NCBI RefSeq assembly: GCF_004353825.1
Contig: NZ_SMNA01000002.1
Coordinates: forward strand, 248,001 to 312,000
Origin: Occultella glacieicola
GTDB taxonomy: Bacteria > Actinomycetota > Actinomycetes > Actinomycetales > Beutenbergiaceae
DNA: 64,000 nucleotides
Reading direction: 5' to 3'
Shown piece by piece: positions 38,301 through 46,740 of this stretch. Positions within the stretch are counted from its first letter, which is position 1, and every line of letters begins with the position of its first letter. Position numbers and translations under genes: made by a program. The notes under the pieces are model-generated. The model was not told where the DNA came from, did no database searches, and was given only the letters and a program-made list of their open reading frames with translations.

Positions 38301-39746
38301 ACCGGATCCGATCGAGACCGAGGCGCCGTCGCTGATGCCCGCCACGCTCACCTGGCTGCCGTCGGCCACGCTGACACCAGCGCCGATCGTCAGGTCAACG
38401 CCGTCGGCCAGCAGCGCCAACGAGCCGGCGTTCGCCAGCTCGAGGGAGGAGAAGGTGACGTCACGAGCGATCGTGAGCTCGACGTCGGCCGGGAAGGTGA
38501 TCGACCCCGAACCGTCACCGACGAAGGAGACCCGCCCTGCGCCGTCGGCGAGCGTGGCCGGGTCCACGTCCCAGGCGACATCGCCGCTGATGGTGATCGC
38601 GCCGCCGTCCGCCGCGAGCAGGCCGAGCGCGGTCTCCAGGCTGCCGCACGGGTTCTGCGCACTGCACTCGGTGCCGTCGCCGCCAGCGCTGACGCGGACG
38701 TCCGCGGTGTTGACCAGGACGTCGAAGATCTCCTTCAGCGCCGCCACCTGCTCCGCCGTGTAGTACTGCCCGGCGAAGTGCACGGTCCGGACCGGCGCGA
38801 ACGCGAGGATCTGCTGGTGCCGACCTTCCCCGCCCCAGGCGTTCGCGGCCTGGATTGCGCCCCAGGTGACGCCGTCGAGCGTGAGGTCGACGTCCTCGAC
38901 GACGTTGTTGATGTCGATCGTGTTGATGTTGCCGCCGGTCAGGTCCACCGTGGCTGAGCCCACGATGTAGCGGGTCACGTCTCCGGCCGTGTGCAGGGCG
39001 CCCACGCGGCCACCGGTCATCGTGATCTCGGTGCTGCCCGAGTAGTGGTTCTCGAGCGATGCCCCGAAGACCTCCTGGATGACGCCGCCGTTGATCGTGA
39101 TGTGCGAGGTGCCGGTGTACGTCTGCGTCCCGACGCCCCTGCCCCTGCTGAAACCGGCCACCTTGTAGAAGGTCCCCGAGTCGATCGTGATGTGCGAGTC
39201 GGCGTCGAGCACGGTGTCCTCGGCGGACGGCCCGTGATAGCCGCCCACCACGAATACCTGCCGGACGTTGGGCCTCGGGGTGCTCACCATCGTGACCCCC
39301 TCGCCGAAGGTGATCGGGTTCCAGTTCGCGGCGAAGACCGACCACTGCGAGGTGACCACTATCAGGTCTGCGAAGGTCGTGGGGCCCGTGAGGTTGTATT
39401 CGATGAACGGGGTGTCCCCGAAGACCAGCCGCCCGGGGAACGTCTGCTCGCCGTCCGTGCTGGTGACGAGGATCGGCTCGGTGTGGGCGGGTTCGACGAT
39501 CGTGGCGTCGAGGGGGTAGTCGCCCATGAGGACCACGCGACCGCCGTTCGAGGCAGCGGTGGCGAGTGCCTGATCGAGCGACTGCACCGGTGCCGAGGGG
39601 TCGGTGCCGGGCGCCGAGTCGTCACCACTGGCGGCGTCGACGTACACGACCACGCCCGGGTCAGCAGTTGCTGGGACGGTCAGTCCGCACAGCACGAGGG
39701 CGAGAGCGGCAAGAACCGCCGCCAATGACCGGGGGACGCGCAGCAT
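35361..39746 (-). CDS. Large secreted multidomain protein: three repeated modules + GH43-like domain + Ig-like C-terminus
   Basis: Signal peptide; AADPYM, LWSPEIH, VVEGG, YSASGYW GH43 motifs; DTTAPTVT Ig-like linker. Confidence 0.82.
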   Translation of the reverse strand: MLRVPRSLAAVLAALALVLCGLTVPATADPGVVVYVDAASGDDSAPGTDPSAPVQSLDQALATAASNGGRVVLMGDYPLDATIVEPAHTEPILVTSTDGEQTFPGRLVFGDTPFIEYNLTGPTTFADLIVVTSQWSVFAANWNPITFGEGVTMVSTPRPNVRQVFVVGGYHGPSAEDTVLDADSHITIDSGTFYKVAGFSRGRGVGTQTYTGTSHITINGGVIQEVFGASLENHYSGSTEITMTGGRVGALHTAGDVTRYIVGSATVDLTGGNINTIDINNVVEDVDLTLDGVTWGAIQAANAWGGEGRHQQILAFAPVRTVHFAGQYYTAEQVAALKEIFDVLVNTADVRVSAGGDGTECSAQNPCGSLETALGLLAADGGAITISGDVAWDVDPATLADGAGRVSFVGDGSGSITFPADVELTIARDVTFSSLELANAGSLALLADGVDLTIGAGVSVADGSQVSVAGISDGASVSIGSGEFARVVGITGLTGDFGGTTDVTIAGGAVEHVWAGTDQPYAVAGARVTIAGGEVGTLTSSEGRVTETVMARLLEGSVQDALLERADGEVRMRLGATEIGAISIAGWSASDGAARVLVRLPDADQGVLDQIAGAFDGVTDDEVVYLSAGGDGDGSSPTHAVGDLSTAIAALSGDGRVVVTDQYTAEEGYDVDDHSAHVVLTTHDGDIDFAADGGALQIEGALRLGGPTTFENLLLQSPALDGTIYGMGHPLIIGAAVETEFTRRGETYLTIVGGSNDAVPAPVTSVTVEGGRWAGLRGGSDNTEATTTDADVTVQIDGGTFSGPVVLGHRGDATGAIEATINGGTFIQGLYAVLEGDGSDYAADYDVDLTLNGGEFWSTIAPARSRSTELSGTYDLTVTGGDFGHLTDLLGPDAFAGNMTSALHVESAIADAAPEGELTFTNPLVRAADPYMFTHDGQYYFLATSGTTMALHKVANPSDLSESVGSVIFAPENMINLWSPEIHHLTAEDVGEENAGWYLYLSATDPGDPAAEGQRQYVLKALDGDDLLGRWGNPVTGEVNVPQRITSENDPDFNTDEFVAGISYMRVAGETFITYVVEDGRGTADFHQTINMTRIANPWTFTGDPSIITRSEYDWEMHGYAQSTSDPNMWWPKVVEGGTAVYGDDGEVFLAYSASGYWTIYYAIGYLTYVGGDPMDASSWVKNPTPIMSLNSEVTGTGTGPNFVDHEGTSWFTFQARPGPDTQTARHAFIEPYVADADGLSIGDGSGHPAPLSTEYTMSVNPIPLSEKISGFTPADDVRPEVSLTSPSSAGPMSTIEIEVEATDNVGLDRIVANVYTGGELVQSTQSAVDGTTSATHTASVSLPDGEYTIRYNAHDLAGNLSRTSTFDITVDTTAPTVTVKEGPQFTVEGEDGYERVSYKLYDAGRIARAVLNGTVIDLVDNTWSDVNFLEPGVAGAVEGENTLLVYDVAGNAETITFRLG

Positions 39747-40186
39747 GGGGGCTCCACATTGGGTGAGGTCCGACTCGGGGCCACGCATCCGAACTTCTCT
39801 GGTGGGATGCCGGTCGCGGTTCGAAGATGTAATGACAACTAACTGTTATGATTGTTCTCATATCACCGTAGCGATGCCGCTGGCGCAGGTCAACGGGTCA
39901 GCCGAGATCCGCCAGAGAACGACGGCTCGGCACCGCTGAGGGTCGCGAGTGCGCACCCACGGCCCCCTCATGTCGGTCAGTCGACCGTTGAGTTCGTTCC
40001 GCTCGGGCCAAGCGGAGGCGCACGACCGGTCGGGCCCCGGGTGTCGAAGCTCGCTCGGCCTGCGAGCCCTCCGGACGCAGGCGACCTGGGTGCAATCACA
40101 GTGCACTCCGCGCGACAAGGGGTGGCGATCGACCACCGCGGAGGCAGCTGGTCGGCGTCGGGGCCGGGAGGGTGCACGATATGCGG

Positions 40187-41038
40187 ATGAAGTTCCTCTC
40201 CATCCAGTCCTCGGTCGCCTATGGGCACGTCGGAAACTCCGCGGCGATGTTCCCCCTCCAACGACTCGGTCACGAGGTGTGGCCGGTGTTCACCGTCGTG
40301 TTCTCCAACCACACCGGCTACGGCGCGTGGCGCGGGCCACTGCTGCCCCCGGACGACGTCCGCGACATCGTGACCGGTATCGAGGAGCGCGGCGCCCTCG
40401 GTGAGGTCGGTGCCGTGCTGTCGGGATACCTCGGCGGCGAGGGCATCGTGGACGTCGTCGTCGACGCCGTGCAACGCGTCAAGGCAGCCAACCCGGAGGC
40501 GACGTACACCTGCGACCCGGTGATGGGGAACGCGAAGTCTGGCTGCTTCGTGGCCGACGCGATCCCCCCACTGATCCGCGAGCGCGTGCTCCCACACGCC
40601 GACATCATCACGCCGAACCAGTTCGAGCTGGGCTTCCTCACCCGGACCGAGCCGGACGATCTGTCCTCCACGCTCGCCTCGGCCGACCTGGCCCGCGGGC
40701 TGGGCCCACGCACCGTACTCGTGACGAGCGTCGAGCGACCCGATCGCCCGGAGGGCACGATCGAGATGCTCGCCGTGGACGACGACGGCGCCTGGATCGT
40801 CCAGACGCCCTACCTGCCGTTCAAGGCGAACGGTTCCGGCGACGTCACCAGCGCCCTGTTCACGGCGCACTACCGCACCACCGGGTCAGCGGCCCACGCG
40901 CTGGCCGCGACGGCGTCGAGCGTGTTCGACCTGCTCTCGAACACCCTGGCCTCGGGGGAGCGCGAACTACGGATCGTCGAGTCCCAGGAGGCGTACGCGC
41001 ACCCGCGGATGCAGTTCGAGGTGCACCAGGTCCGCTGA
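40187..41038 (+). CDS. pdxY: Pyridoxal kinase
   Basis: LSIQSSVAYGHVGNSAA, FSNHTGY, CDPVMG, TPNQFE, NGSGD. Confidence 0.93.
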   Translation: MKFLSIQSSVAYGHVGNSAAMFPLQRLGHEVWPVFTVVFSNHTGYGAWRGPLLPPDDVRDIVTGIEERGALGEVGAVLSGYLGGEGIVDVVVDAVQRVKAANPEATYTCDPVMGNAKSGCFVADAIPPLIRERVLPHADIITPNQFELGFLTRTEPDDLSSTLASADLARGLGPRTVLVTSVERPDRPEGTIEMLAVDDDGAWIVQTPYLPFKANGSGDVTSALFTAHYRTTGSAAHALAATASSVFDLLSNTLASGERELRIVESQEAYAHPRMQFEVHQVR

Positions 41039-41087
41039 CGTGCGCGCCCCTTACTGTCGCAAAAGGAGTGGACGCGACAGCGGCGGA

Positions 41088-41357
41088 ATGGGCAACTTCG
41101 ACGAAGTCTGGCGGCGGATACGGCGGCACGCGGGAGGGACGTTCCACACGATCACCGGCTTGGCGTTCACGTACGGGGTGCCCGGCAATTACCTGAGGGT
41201 GACCCGCGACGGGAACGAGGTCAACCGCTCCCTCTCCAAGACCAACTTCCGCAGAGCGGCCGAGATGATGCCATCGGACGGGCCCGGCAGCTTCAACGGT
41301 CGACAGGGGCCCTCCTGCACGTGGGCGATTCTCACAGACGCGCGAATTCGGGACTGA
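41088..41357 (+). CDS. Small hypothetical protein (89 aa)
   Basis: ORF MGNFDEVWRRIRRHAGGTFHTITGLAFTY...WAILTDARIRD with protein-like composition. Confidence 0.6.
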   Translation: MGNFDEVWRRIRRHAGGTFHTITGLAFTYGVPGNYLRVTRDGNEVNRSLSKTNFRRAAEMMPSDGPGSFNGRQGPSCTWAILTDARIRD

Positions 41358-41442
41358 CGATTTCCCAGTGGCCCGCCGCGCCGATGGCGCACTTCTTGCC
41401 GTGACGCGCGGGTGGCACCGGGGAGACGCCGGTTGCACACAA

Positions 41443-41477
41443 CGAAGCCCCCGAGACCTTTCGGTCCCGAGGGCTTC
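41443..41477 (-). terminator. Terminator downstream of ssrA
   Basis: GAAGCCC...GACC-TTTC-GGTC...GGGCTTC hairpin adjacent to the ssrA 3' end. Confidence 0.8.
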
Positions 41478-41479
41478 TC

Positions 41480-41847
41480 GGTGGAGGTGGCGGGAATCGA
41501 ACCCGCGTCCGACAGTGCGGAACCAGGACTTCTCCGAGTGCAGTCTGCTAGTAGATTTTCTCAGCCCCAGCGATCACGCAGACAAGTCGCTGACGGGCTC
41601 AGTCACTTAGAAGTCCCCGCAGCCCCAGTGACGAAGGCTACGAGCAGTGGCTCTCTAGATGACGCCAGGAACCGGGTCGAGAGCAACCCCGGGCTGACGG
41701 ACTTCTACGCTCGCTCAGGCGGCGAGGGCGAAGTCGGTGCGCTTGGAATCGGCACCTATTGGTTTGCAAGGAGCGTTTACGAGATAACCCTGCATCCTCG
41801 ACTCGCTTCTCCTGGAACGACAACCGTCGTCGAAACCGATCACCCCC
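41480..41847 (-). ncRNA. ssrA: Transfer-messenger RNA (tmRNA); tag (A)ADSKRTDFALAA* at 41753-41715
   Basis: 5' GGGGGTGATCGGTTTCGAC; 3' T-arm GCGGGTTCGATTCCCGC and acceptor CACCTCCA with G3-U wobble; ALAA-ending tag ORF. Confidence 0.97.
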
Positions 41848-41901
41848 CTGTTGAGTTGTCAAGCACCGGACTCGATCACGCGTGAACCCGACCGAACCAG
41901 T

Positions 41902-43035
41902 CTACCCGTCCAACGCCGTCGGGCTCGCATCTATTTCCACTGGTCGGCCCGCCAGCGCGGCGTCCACCAGCGGCTTCACCCGCGTGCCGAGGAGTTCGAT
42001 GGCCCGCAGGGCCTCCCGCTGCGGCACCCCGGTGAGGTCCATCTGGAACACCTGCCGGTCGTGCCCGAGCACCGCGTGCAGGGCGACGATCCGCTCGGCG
42101 ACCGACTCCGGCGCACCGACGAAGTACGCCCCGCCGGGGCTCGCGGTGGCCTCGTAGGTGATCCGGTTCGGTACCGGGAAGCCGCGCTCGGCGGCGATCA
42201 TCCGCATCGTCTGCAGGTAGTACGGGTAGAAGAAGTCACGGGCTCCGGGGTCGGTATCGGCCACGAACCCCATCACCGCGACCTCGACCCGCGCATCGGC
42301 GCCGTGCCCGGTGTCGTTGAAGGAGTCCCGGTACAGGTCGGCGAGCGGGGCGAAGTCCGCGGGGCGCCCGCCGATGATCGCGTACGTGACCGGCAGGCCC
42401 AGTTCGCCGGCGCGTGCCGAGGATTCCGGGTTGCCGCCGGTGGCGATGCCGATCCGCAGGTGCTCGCCGAGGCCGGGCTTGTCGAGCGGCCGGGGCAGCA
42501 CCACCGCGTCGGACAGCGGCGGGCGGAACCGCCCGGACCAGCTGATCGGGTGCTCGGCATCGAGCGCGAGCAGGAGCCGGATCTTCTCCTCGAACAATTC
42601 GTCGTAGTCGTCCAGGGCGGCGCCGTAGAGCGGGTAGGACTCGATATAGGACCCGCGTCCGGCGAGCAGTTCGACCCGACCACCGGAGAACTGGTCCATG
42701 GTGGCGAACTGCTGGAACACCCGCACCGGGTCCTCGGTGCTGAGTACGGTCACGGCGCTGCCCACCCGGATCGTGGACGTCTGCGCGAGCGCGGCGGCGA
42801 TCACCGTGCCCGGGGCGGATACCGCGTACTCGGGCCGGTGGTGCTCACCGATGCCGGCGTAGGCCAGGCCCACCTGGTCGGCGAGCCGGACCCGCTCGAG
42901 CAGGTCCCGCAGGCGTTGCCCGGGTGGCGTGCGCTCACCGGTGTGCGGGTCCGGCATCGTGTCGCCGAAGCTGTAGAAGCCCAGTTCGAGCCCGCCGGTG
43001 CCCGACGGCGCCGGTGCCGCCGGGCGCATCGTCAC
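41902..43035 (-). CDS. LLM class flavin-dependent oxidoreductase
   Basis: GIGEHHRPEY, SAVTVLSTEDPVRVFQQFAT, GRGSYIES. Confidence 0.92.
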   Translation of the reverse strand: MTMRPAAPAPSGTGGLELGFYSFGDTMPDPHTGERTPPGQRLRDLLERVRLADQVGLAYAGIGEHHRPEYAVSAPGTVIAAALAQTSTIRVGSAVTVLSTEDPVRVFQQFATMDQFSGGRVELLAGRGSYIESYPLYGAALDDYDELFEEKIRLLLALDAEHPISWSGRFRPPLSDAVVLPRPLDKPGLGEHLRIGIATGGNPESSARAGELGLPVTYAIIGGRPADFAPLADLYRDSFNDTGHGADARVEVAVMGFVADTDPGARDFFYPYYLQTMRMIAAERGFPVPNRITYEATASPGGAYFVGAPESVAERIVALHAVLGHDRQVFQMDLTGVPQREALRAIELLGTRVKPLVDAALAGRPVEIDASPTALDG

Positions 43036-43469
43036 GCCTTCCGCTTGTTCCCGCCGTCGAGCAGCAGGGCGAGGCCGATGGCGAGCAGGAACACGTCCTT
43101 GGCGAGGGCGACGCCCTGCTGGGTCGGGCGGATCCCGTCCGCCTCGGTCATACCGGGGGTGCGCAGGTACATCGTGAACAGCCCGCCCGCGAACGCGGTC
43201 AGGCCCAGGCCGACGAGCCGGCTCGGCAGGAACGGCGCGAGCAGCGCGGCGCCGAGGGCGATCTCGCCGGCGGCGAGATACTTGCCGAACTGCGCGGCGT
43301 CGAGGTCACCGAGCTGCGGGATCGCGTTGACGGCCATGGCCTGCAGGCCCTTGGCCGACTCGGCGTCCAGGTCGAGCTTGCCCACGCCGGAGTTGAGCAG
43401 GTATGCGCCGGAGGCGAGACGGAGGGGAAGGCGACGGAGGGCGAATGCCACGGGAGGACTCCTGAACAT
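43032..43469 (-). CDS. DoxX-like membrane protein
   Basis: LRLASGAYLLNSG, YLRTPGM, RPTQQGVALAKDV. Confidence 0.7.
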   Translation of the reverse strand: MFRSPPVAFALRRLPLRLASGAYLLNSGVGKLDLDAESAKGLQAMAVNAIPQLGDLDAAQFGKYLAAGEIALGAALLAPFLPSRLVGLGLTAFAGGLFTMYLRTPGMTEADGIRPTQQGVALAKDVFLLAIGLALLLDGGNKRKA

Positions 43470-43528
43470 GATCGACCGAGGCCGAGGCGAGGTCCGCCGT
43501 CGGCCGCTTCCAGGCTAACCGCCGCGGC

Positions 43529-45424
43529 TCACCAACCGCCACCGCCACCGCCACCGATGCCGCCGCCGGAGAAGCCGCCGCCGGAGGAGAACCCCGAGCC
43601 TCCGCTGGAGGCCGGTGTCGCCGCGATCGCGGTGGTCGCGATGTCGTTGAAGGAGTTGATGCTGCTGGCGAACCCGGAGGCCCAGAACGCGGTCCCGACG
43701 GCGTAGTGCGGGCCGATGTACCAGGTCGGCTGGGGCACCGGAGCGCCCTGCGCGGCCAGCTCACTGAACAGGGCGGCCCACCGCTCGGCGACCCCGAACG
43801 CGATCGCGAACGGCAGGTACGCAGAGAAGATGTCCTCGCCCTCCTCGAACCGGATCTGGTTCGCCTCGGCCTTCTCCAGGTACTGCTTGAACCCGAGCGC
43901 CTGCGCCAGCACCGCGGTGCCGGCTGCGGTCCGGGCCGGCGCCGACCGGCTCAGCGCGAGCGTGAGGATGCCCACGACGATCAGCGGCAGCCCGAGCACG
44001 GCCAGCCCGAGCAGCAGCCCGAGCAACAGCGTCGCGAAGATGCCGAGCACCATGGCCGCGATGCCCCGGCCGATCCAACGGTTGCGGACTCGCTGCGGGG
44101 ACTCGGCGAACCAGCCCCGCGAGACCACCTCGGCGTAGAGGTCCTGCTGGGCGCCGGCCATCACCTCGTGGAAGGTGCTGCTCAGGGCCGTCAGGGTGGT
44201 CTCCTGGGCGGAGCTGTGCGGGAAGAAGCCGCGCAGCAGGGTCACCTCGAAGTCGGCCAGTCCGGTCCAGTCCCGGTCGGGGGTGCGGATCAGCCGCCAG
44301 TCGGGTTCGTCCTTGCCCTCGGCCGGGATCTCCTCGATGGTCAGGTAGCCGCGCACGGCGAGGTCGATGATCGTGGCCGTCACATCGTGCGGGTCGGCGA
44401 CCTCGTCCGTGAGCGTGCCGACCTCGCCGGGCCGCACGCCCTGCGGCGGCGTGAACTGCACGGCGACCGGGCGCTTGCGGCGCGGACCGGTTCCGCCGTC
44501 GTCGACGGAGGTCGGGGCCAGGCCCGGCGTCAGGCCGAGATACTCCCGGTCCCGGCCGCGCCGGCGGGCCCGCACCGCGACGAGAGCCAGACCGGCCACG
44601 GCGGCGACCCCGGCGACGATCCCCGCCGGACCGTCGACGCCGAGGGAGTTCGAGAGCGTGCGTCGCGGCGCCAGGATCGGCTGCACTCCCCCGAAGCTGT
44701 CCGGGGGGTAGGCCAGGATGACGCTCATGCCCTCGCCCGGCTCGAGCCGGCCCTGCGTGAACGTGGCGGATCCGCCGTCGACCGTGAACGACTCGCACCG
44801 GTTCCGCGAGCCGACGTCCCCGACCCGGCAGTCCGCCTCGACGACCGGCGCCGCCGCGACGACCGACACCGAGATGTCCTCCAGCGGGATCTCCCAGGCG
44901 GAGCCGATCACGTTCCAGTAGATCTCGTCCTCCCCGCCGGCGCCGACGCCGGAGTTCGGGATGCCCGCCACGGTGTAGCTGACCACGTAGTCCTGGACAC
45001 CCGAGACGTCGTCGATCGACTCGTCGCCGATCCGGATCACGAGGCCGTTGTCGTCGTCCTCGGTGTGCACCTCGGCGGGCGCCCCGCTGGGGCTCATCGC
45101 CTGCACGTCGGTGATCTCCAGGACGCGGTAGTGGTCGGGGTCGTCGGCGATCTCCTGCCGGGTGACGAGCGTGAGGTACGGCCCGTGCCCGGGGGTGTCG
45201 GCGAAGTCGAACGCGAAGTCCAGCATCACGTCGATCGTGCCGTCCGGGTTCGCCGTGGCGGTCACGTCGTACCGGGTGATGGCCCGGTCGCCCTGATCGT
45301 CGGCGTGGGCGGGCGCTGCTCCGGCGGCCAGCGCGGTGATCGCGAGCACCAGGGCGAGGGCCAGGCCGAGCAGGGGGCCGACGGCGGAACGTGCATGCTG
45401 AGCGATCGTGGAGTTGGCCGGCAT
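43529..45424 (-). CDS. DUF2207 family membrane protein
   Basis: EIYWNVIGSAW, ATIIDLAVRGYL, YLPFAIAFGV, Gly-rich GGGGGGW end; start after -10 TACGAT. Confidence 0.9.
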   Translation of the reverse strand: MPANSTIAQHARSAVGPLLGLALALVLAITALAAGAAPAHADDQGDRAITRYDVTATANPDGTIDVMLDFAFDFADTPGHGPYLTLVTRQEIADDPDHYRVLEITDVQAMSPSGAPAEVHTEDDDNGLVIRIGDESIDDVSGVQDYVVSYTVAGIPNSGVGAGGEDEIYWNVIGSAWEIPLEDISVSVVAAAPVVEADCRVGDVGSRNRCESFTVDGGSATFTQGRLEPGEGMSVILAYPPDSFGGVQPILAPRRTLSNSLGVDGPAGIVAGVAAVAGLALVAVRARRRGRDREYLGLTPGLAPTSVDDGGTGPRRKRPVAVQFTPPQGVRPGEVGTLTDEVADPHDVTATIIDLAVRGYLTIEEIPAEGKDEPDWRLIRTPDRDWTGLADFEVTLLRGFFPHSSAQETTLTALSSTFHEVMAGAQQDLYAEVVSRGWFAESPQRVRNRWIGRGIAAMVLGIFATLLLGLLLGLAVLGLPLIVVGILTLALSRSAPARTAAGTAVLAQALGFKQYLEKAEANQIRFEEGEDIFSAYLPFAIAFGVAERWAALFSELAAQGAPVPQPTWYIGPHYAVGTAFWASGFASSINSFNDIATTAIAATPASSGGSGFSSGGGFSGGGIGGGGGGGW

Positions 45425-45499
45425 GATCGCCATCGTAACGAGGCGCCGGCGGCGCCGATCCGCCCGCGACGGGCAGGTCTGCCCGGGGCCCGGGTCGCC

Positions 45500-46228
45500 T
45501 CAGAGCGTGCCGCTGGCGAGCGGATCCTCCTGCCCGGCGACTCCGATCTCGACCGCGACGATGGCCTCGGTGGGCAGGTCCGTCGCGGCGCTCAGTCCAC
45601 TGGCGCCCTCCCCGGAGGTGGACCAGGTCGCCGCGACGGTCCGGCCGCCGTCGGTGTCCACGAGGGTGAGGGTGTACACGACGTCCGCGCCGGGCGGGTA
45701 CGGTCCGCTCGGGTAGCTGCAGTCCCAACCGAGACTGGTACCCCACGGTTTGGGCACCAGCTGCACGTCCGCGGTGACGCCGCTGGCGGCCACCGACGTC
45801 AGTTCGAGGTCGATGGCCTCCGCGGGCGGGGACTGGTCGCGCTGGGCGAGGGCGAGGCCACCCAGCCCACCGAGGAGAACCAGCGCGACCCCGGCTGCCA
45901 CCGCGAGGACCCGATGGCGTAGCGGCGGCCGGATCCTTGGGCGCAGCGGGATCGCCCGACCGGGTCCGTCGGGGTGCTGCGACGCACCGGCCGGGCCGGG
46001 CCGAGCCTCCGGCCGGGGCGCGGCGTCGTCGGCGAGCAGGGTCCGGGCGTCCTCGGCGCTGACCTGGGCGAGCAGGCCGGGCATCCCGGCAAGGTCGGTC
46101 ACCGCGGTGCGGCAGGTGGGGCAACCCTCGAGGTGCGCCTCGTACTCCCGGCGCTCGGTCGGGCTCAGCGCGCCCAGCACGTAGGCACCGTCCCAGTCGG
46201 CGTAGCGGTCGGTACCCTCGGGATTCAT
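45500..46228 (-). CDS. rslA: Zinc anti-sigma factor (RslA-like)
   Basis: WDGAYVLGALS, HLEGCPTC (HxxxCxxC), TM helix, WGTSLGWDCSY. Confidence 0.8.
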   Translation of the reverse strand: MNPEGTDRYADWDGAYVLGALSPTERREYEAHLEGCPTCRTAVTDLAGMPGLLAQVSAEDARTLLADDAAPRPEARPGPAGASQHPDGPGRAIPLRPRIRPPLRHRVLAVAAGVALVLLGGLGGLALAQRDQSPPAEAIDLELTSVAASGVTADVQLVPKPWGTSLGWDCSYPSGPYPPGADVVYTLTLVDTDGGRTVAATWSTSGEGASGLSAATDLPTEAIVAVEIGVAGQEDPLASGTL

Positions 46229-46740
46229 TGGGTCACCCCTTTCTCCTGCAACGCCAGCCTCAGCGCGCGCATCGCGTAGTGCATGCGGGACTTCACGGTG
46301 CCCGGCGGTACCTCGAGCTCGGCGGCCAGATCGGCCACGGACCGGCCGCCGAAGTACGCGCCGACGACGACGGCCCGGTGGTCGGGACTCAACCCCAGTA
46401 GTGCCTCGGTGATCAGCCAGGAGTCGAGGACGGCCATCGTCTCGTCGCCGGTGGACCGCTCCGGCAGGTGGTCGGTCGAGCGTTCCCGGTTGTTGCGGGC
46501 GCTGCGCCGGTCGTCGATGACGAGATTGCGGGCCACCGTGAACAGCCACGCCCGGCGCGGTCCCTCGTCGCGGTCCATGATCTCCGGGTGGCGCCAGGCG
46601 CGTACCAGGGTTTCCTGGACCACGTCCTGGGCGAACGCCTCGTCACCGGTCAGTGACACGACGTAGCGGAGCAGCGCCGGGGCGTGTGCCTCGTGCAGGG
46701 CCCGCAGGGCCGAGTCGGATCGGTCGGTCTCGCGGTTCAT
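46225..46740 (-). CDS. sigL: ECF sigma factor (SigL-like)
   Basis: DVVQETLVRAWRHPE, WLFTVARNLVIDDRRS, GTVKSRMHYAMRALRLALQEKGVT. Confidence 0.82.
   Translation of the reverse strand: MNRETDRSDSALRALHEAHAPALLRYVVSLTGDEAFAQDVVQETLVRAWRHPEIMDRDEGPRRAWLFTVARNLVIDDRRSARNNRERSTDHLPERSTGDETMAVLDSWLITEALLGLSPDHRAVVVGAYFGGRSVADLAAELEVPPGTVKSRMHYAMRALRLALQEKGVTQ

Noticed and set aside
14600..41480. Active integrative element at ssrA
   Set aside because: No integrase or transposase and no second copy of the ssrA 3' end seen by eye
41480..41515. tRNA-like T-arm and acceptor stem
   Set aside because: It is the 3' end of tmRNA, not a separate tRNA
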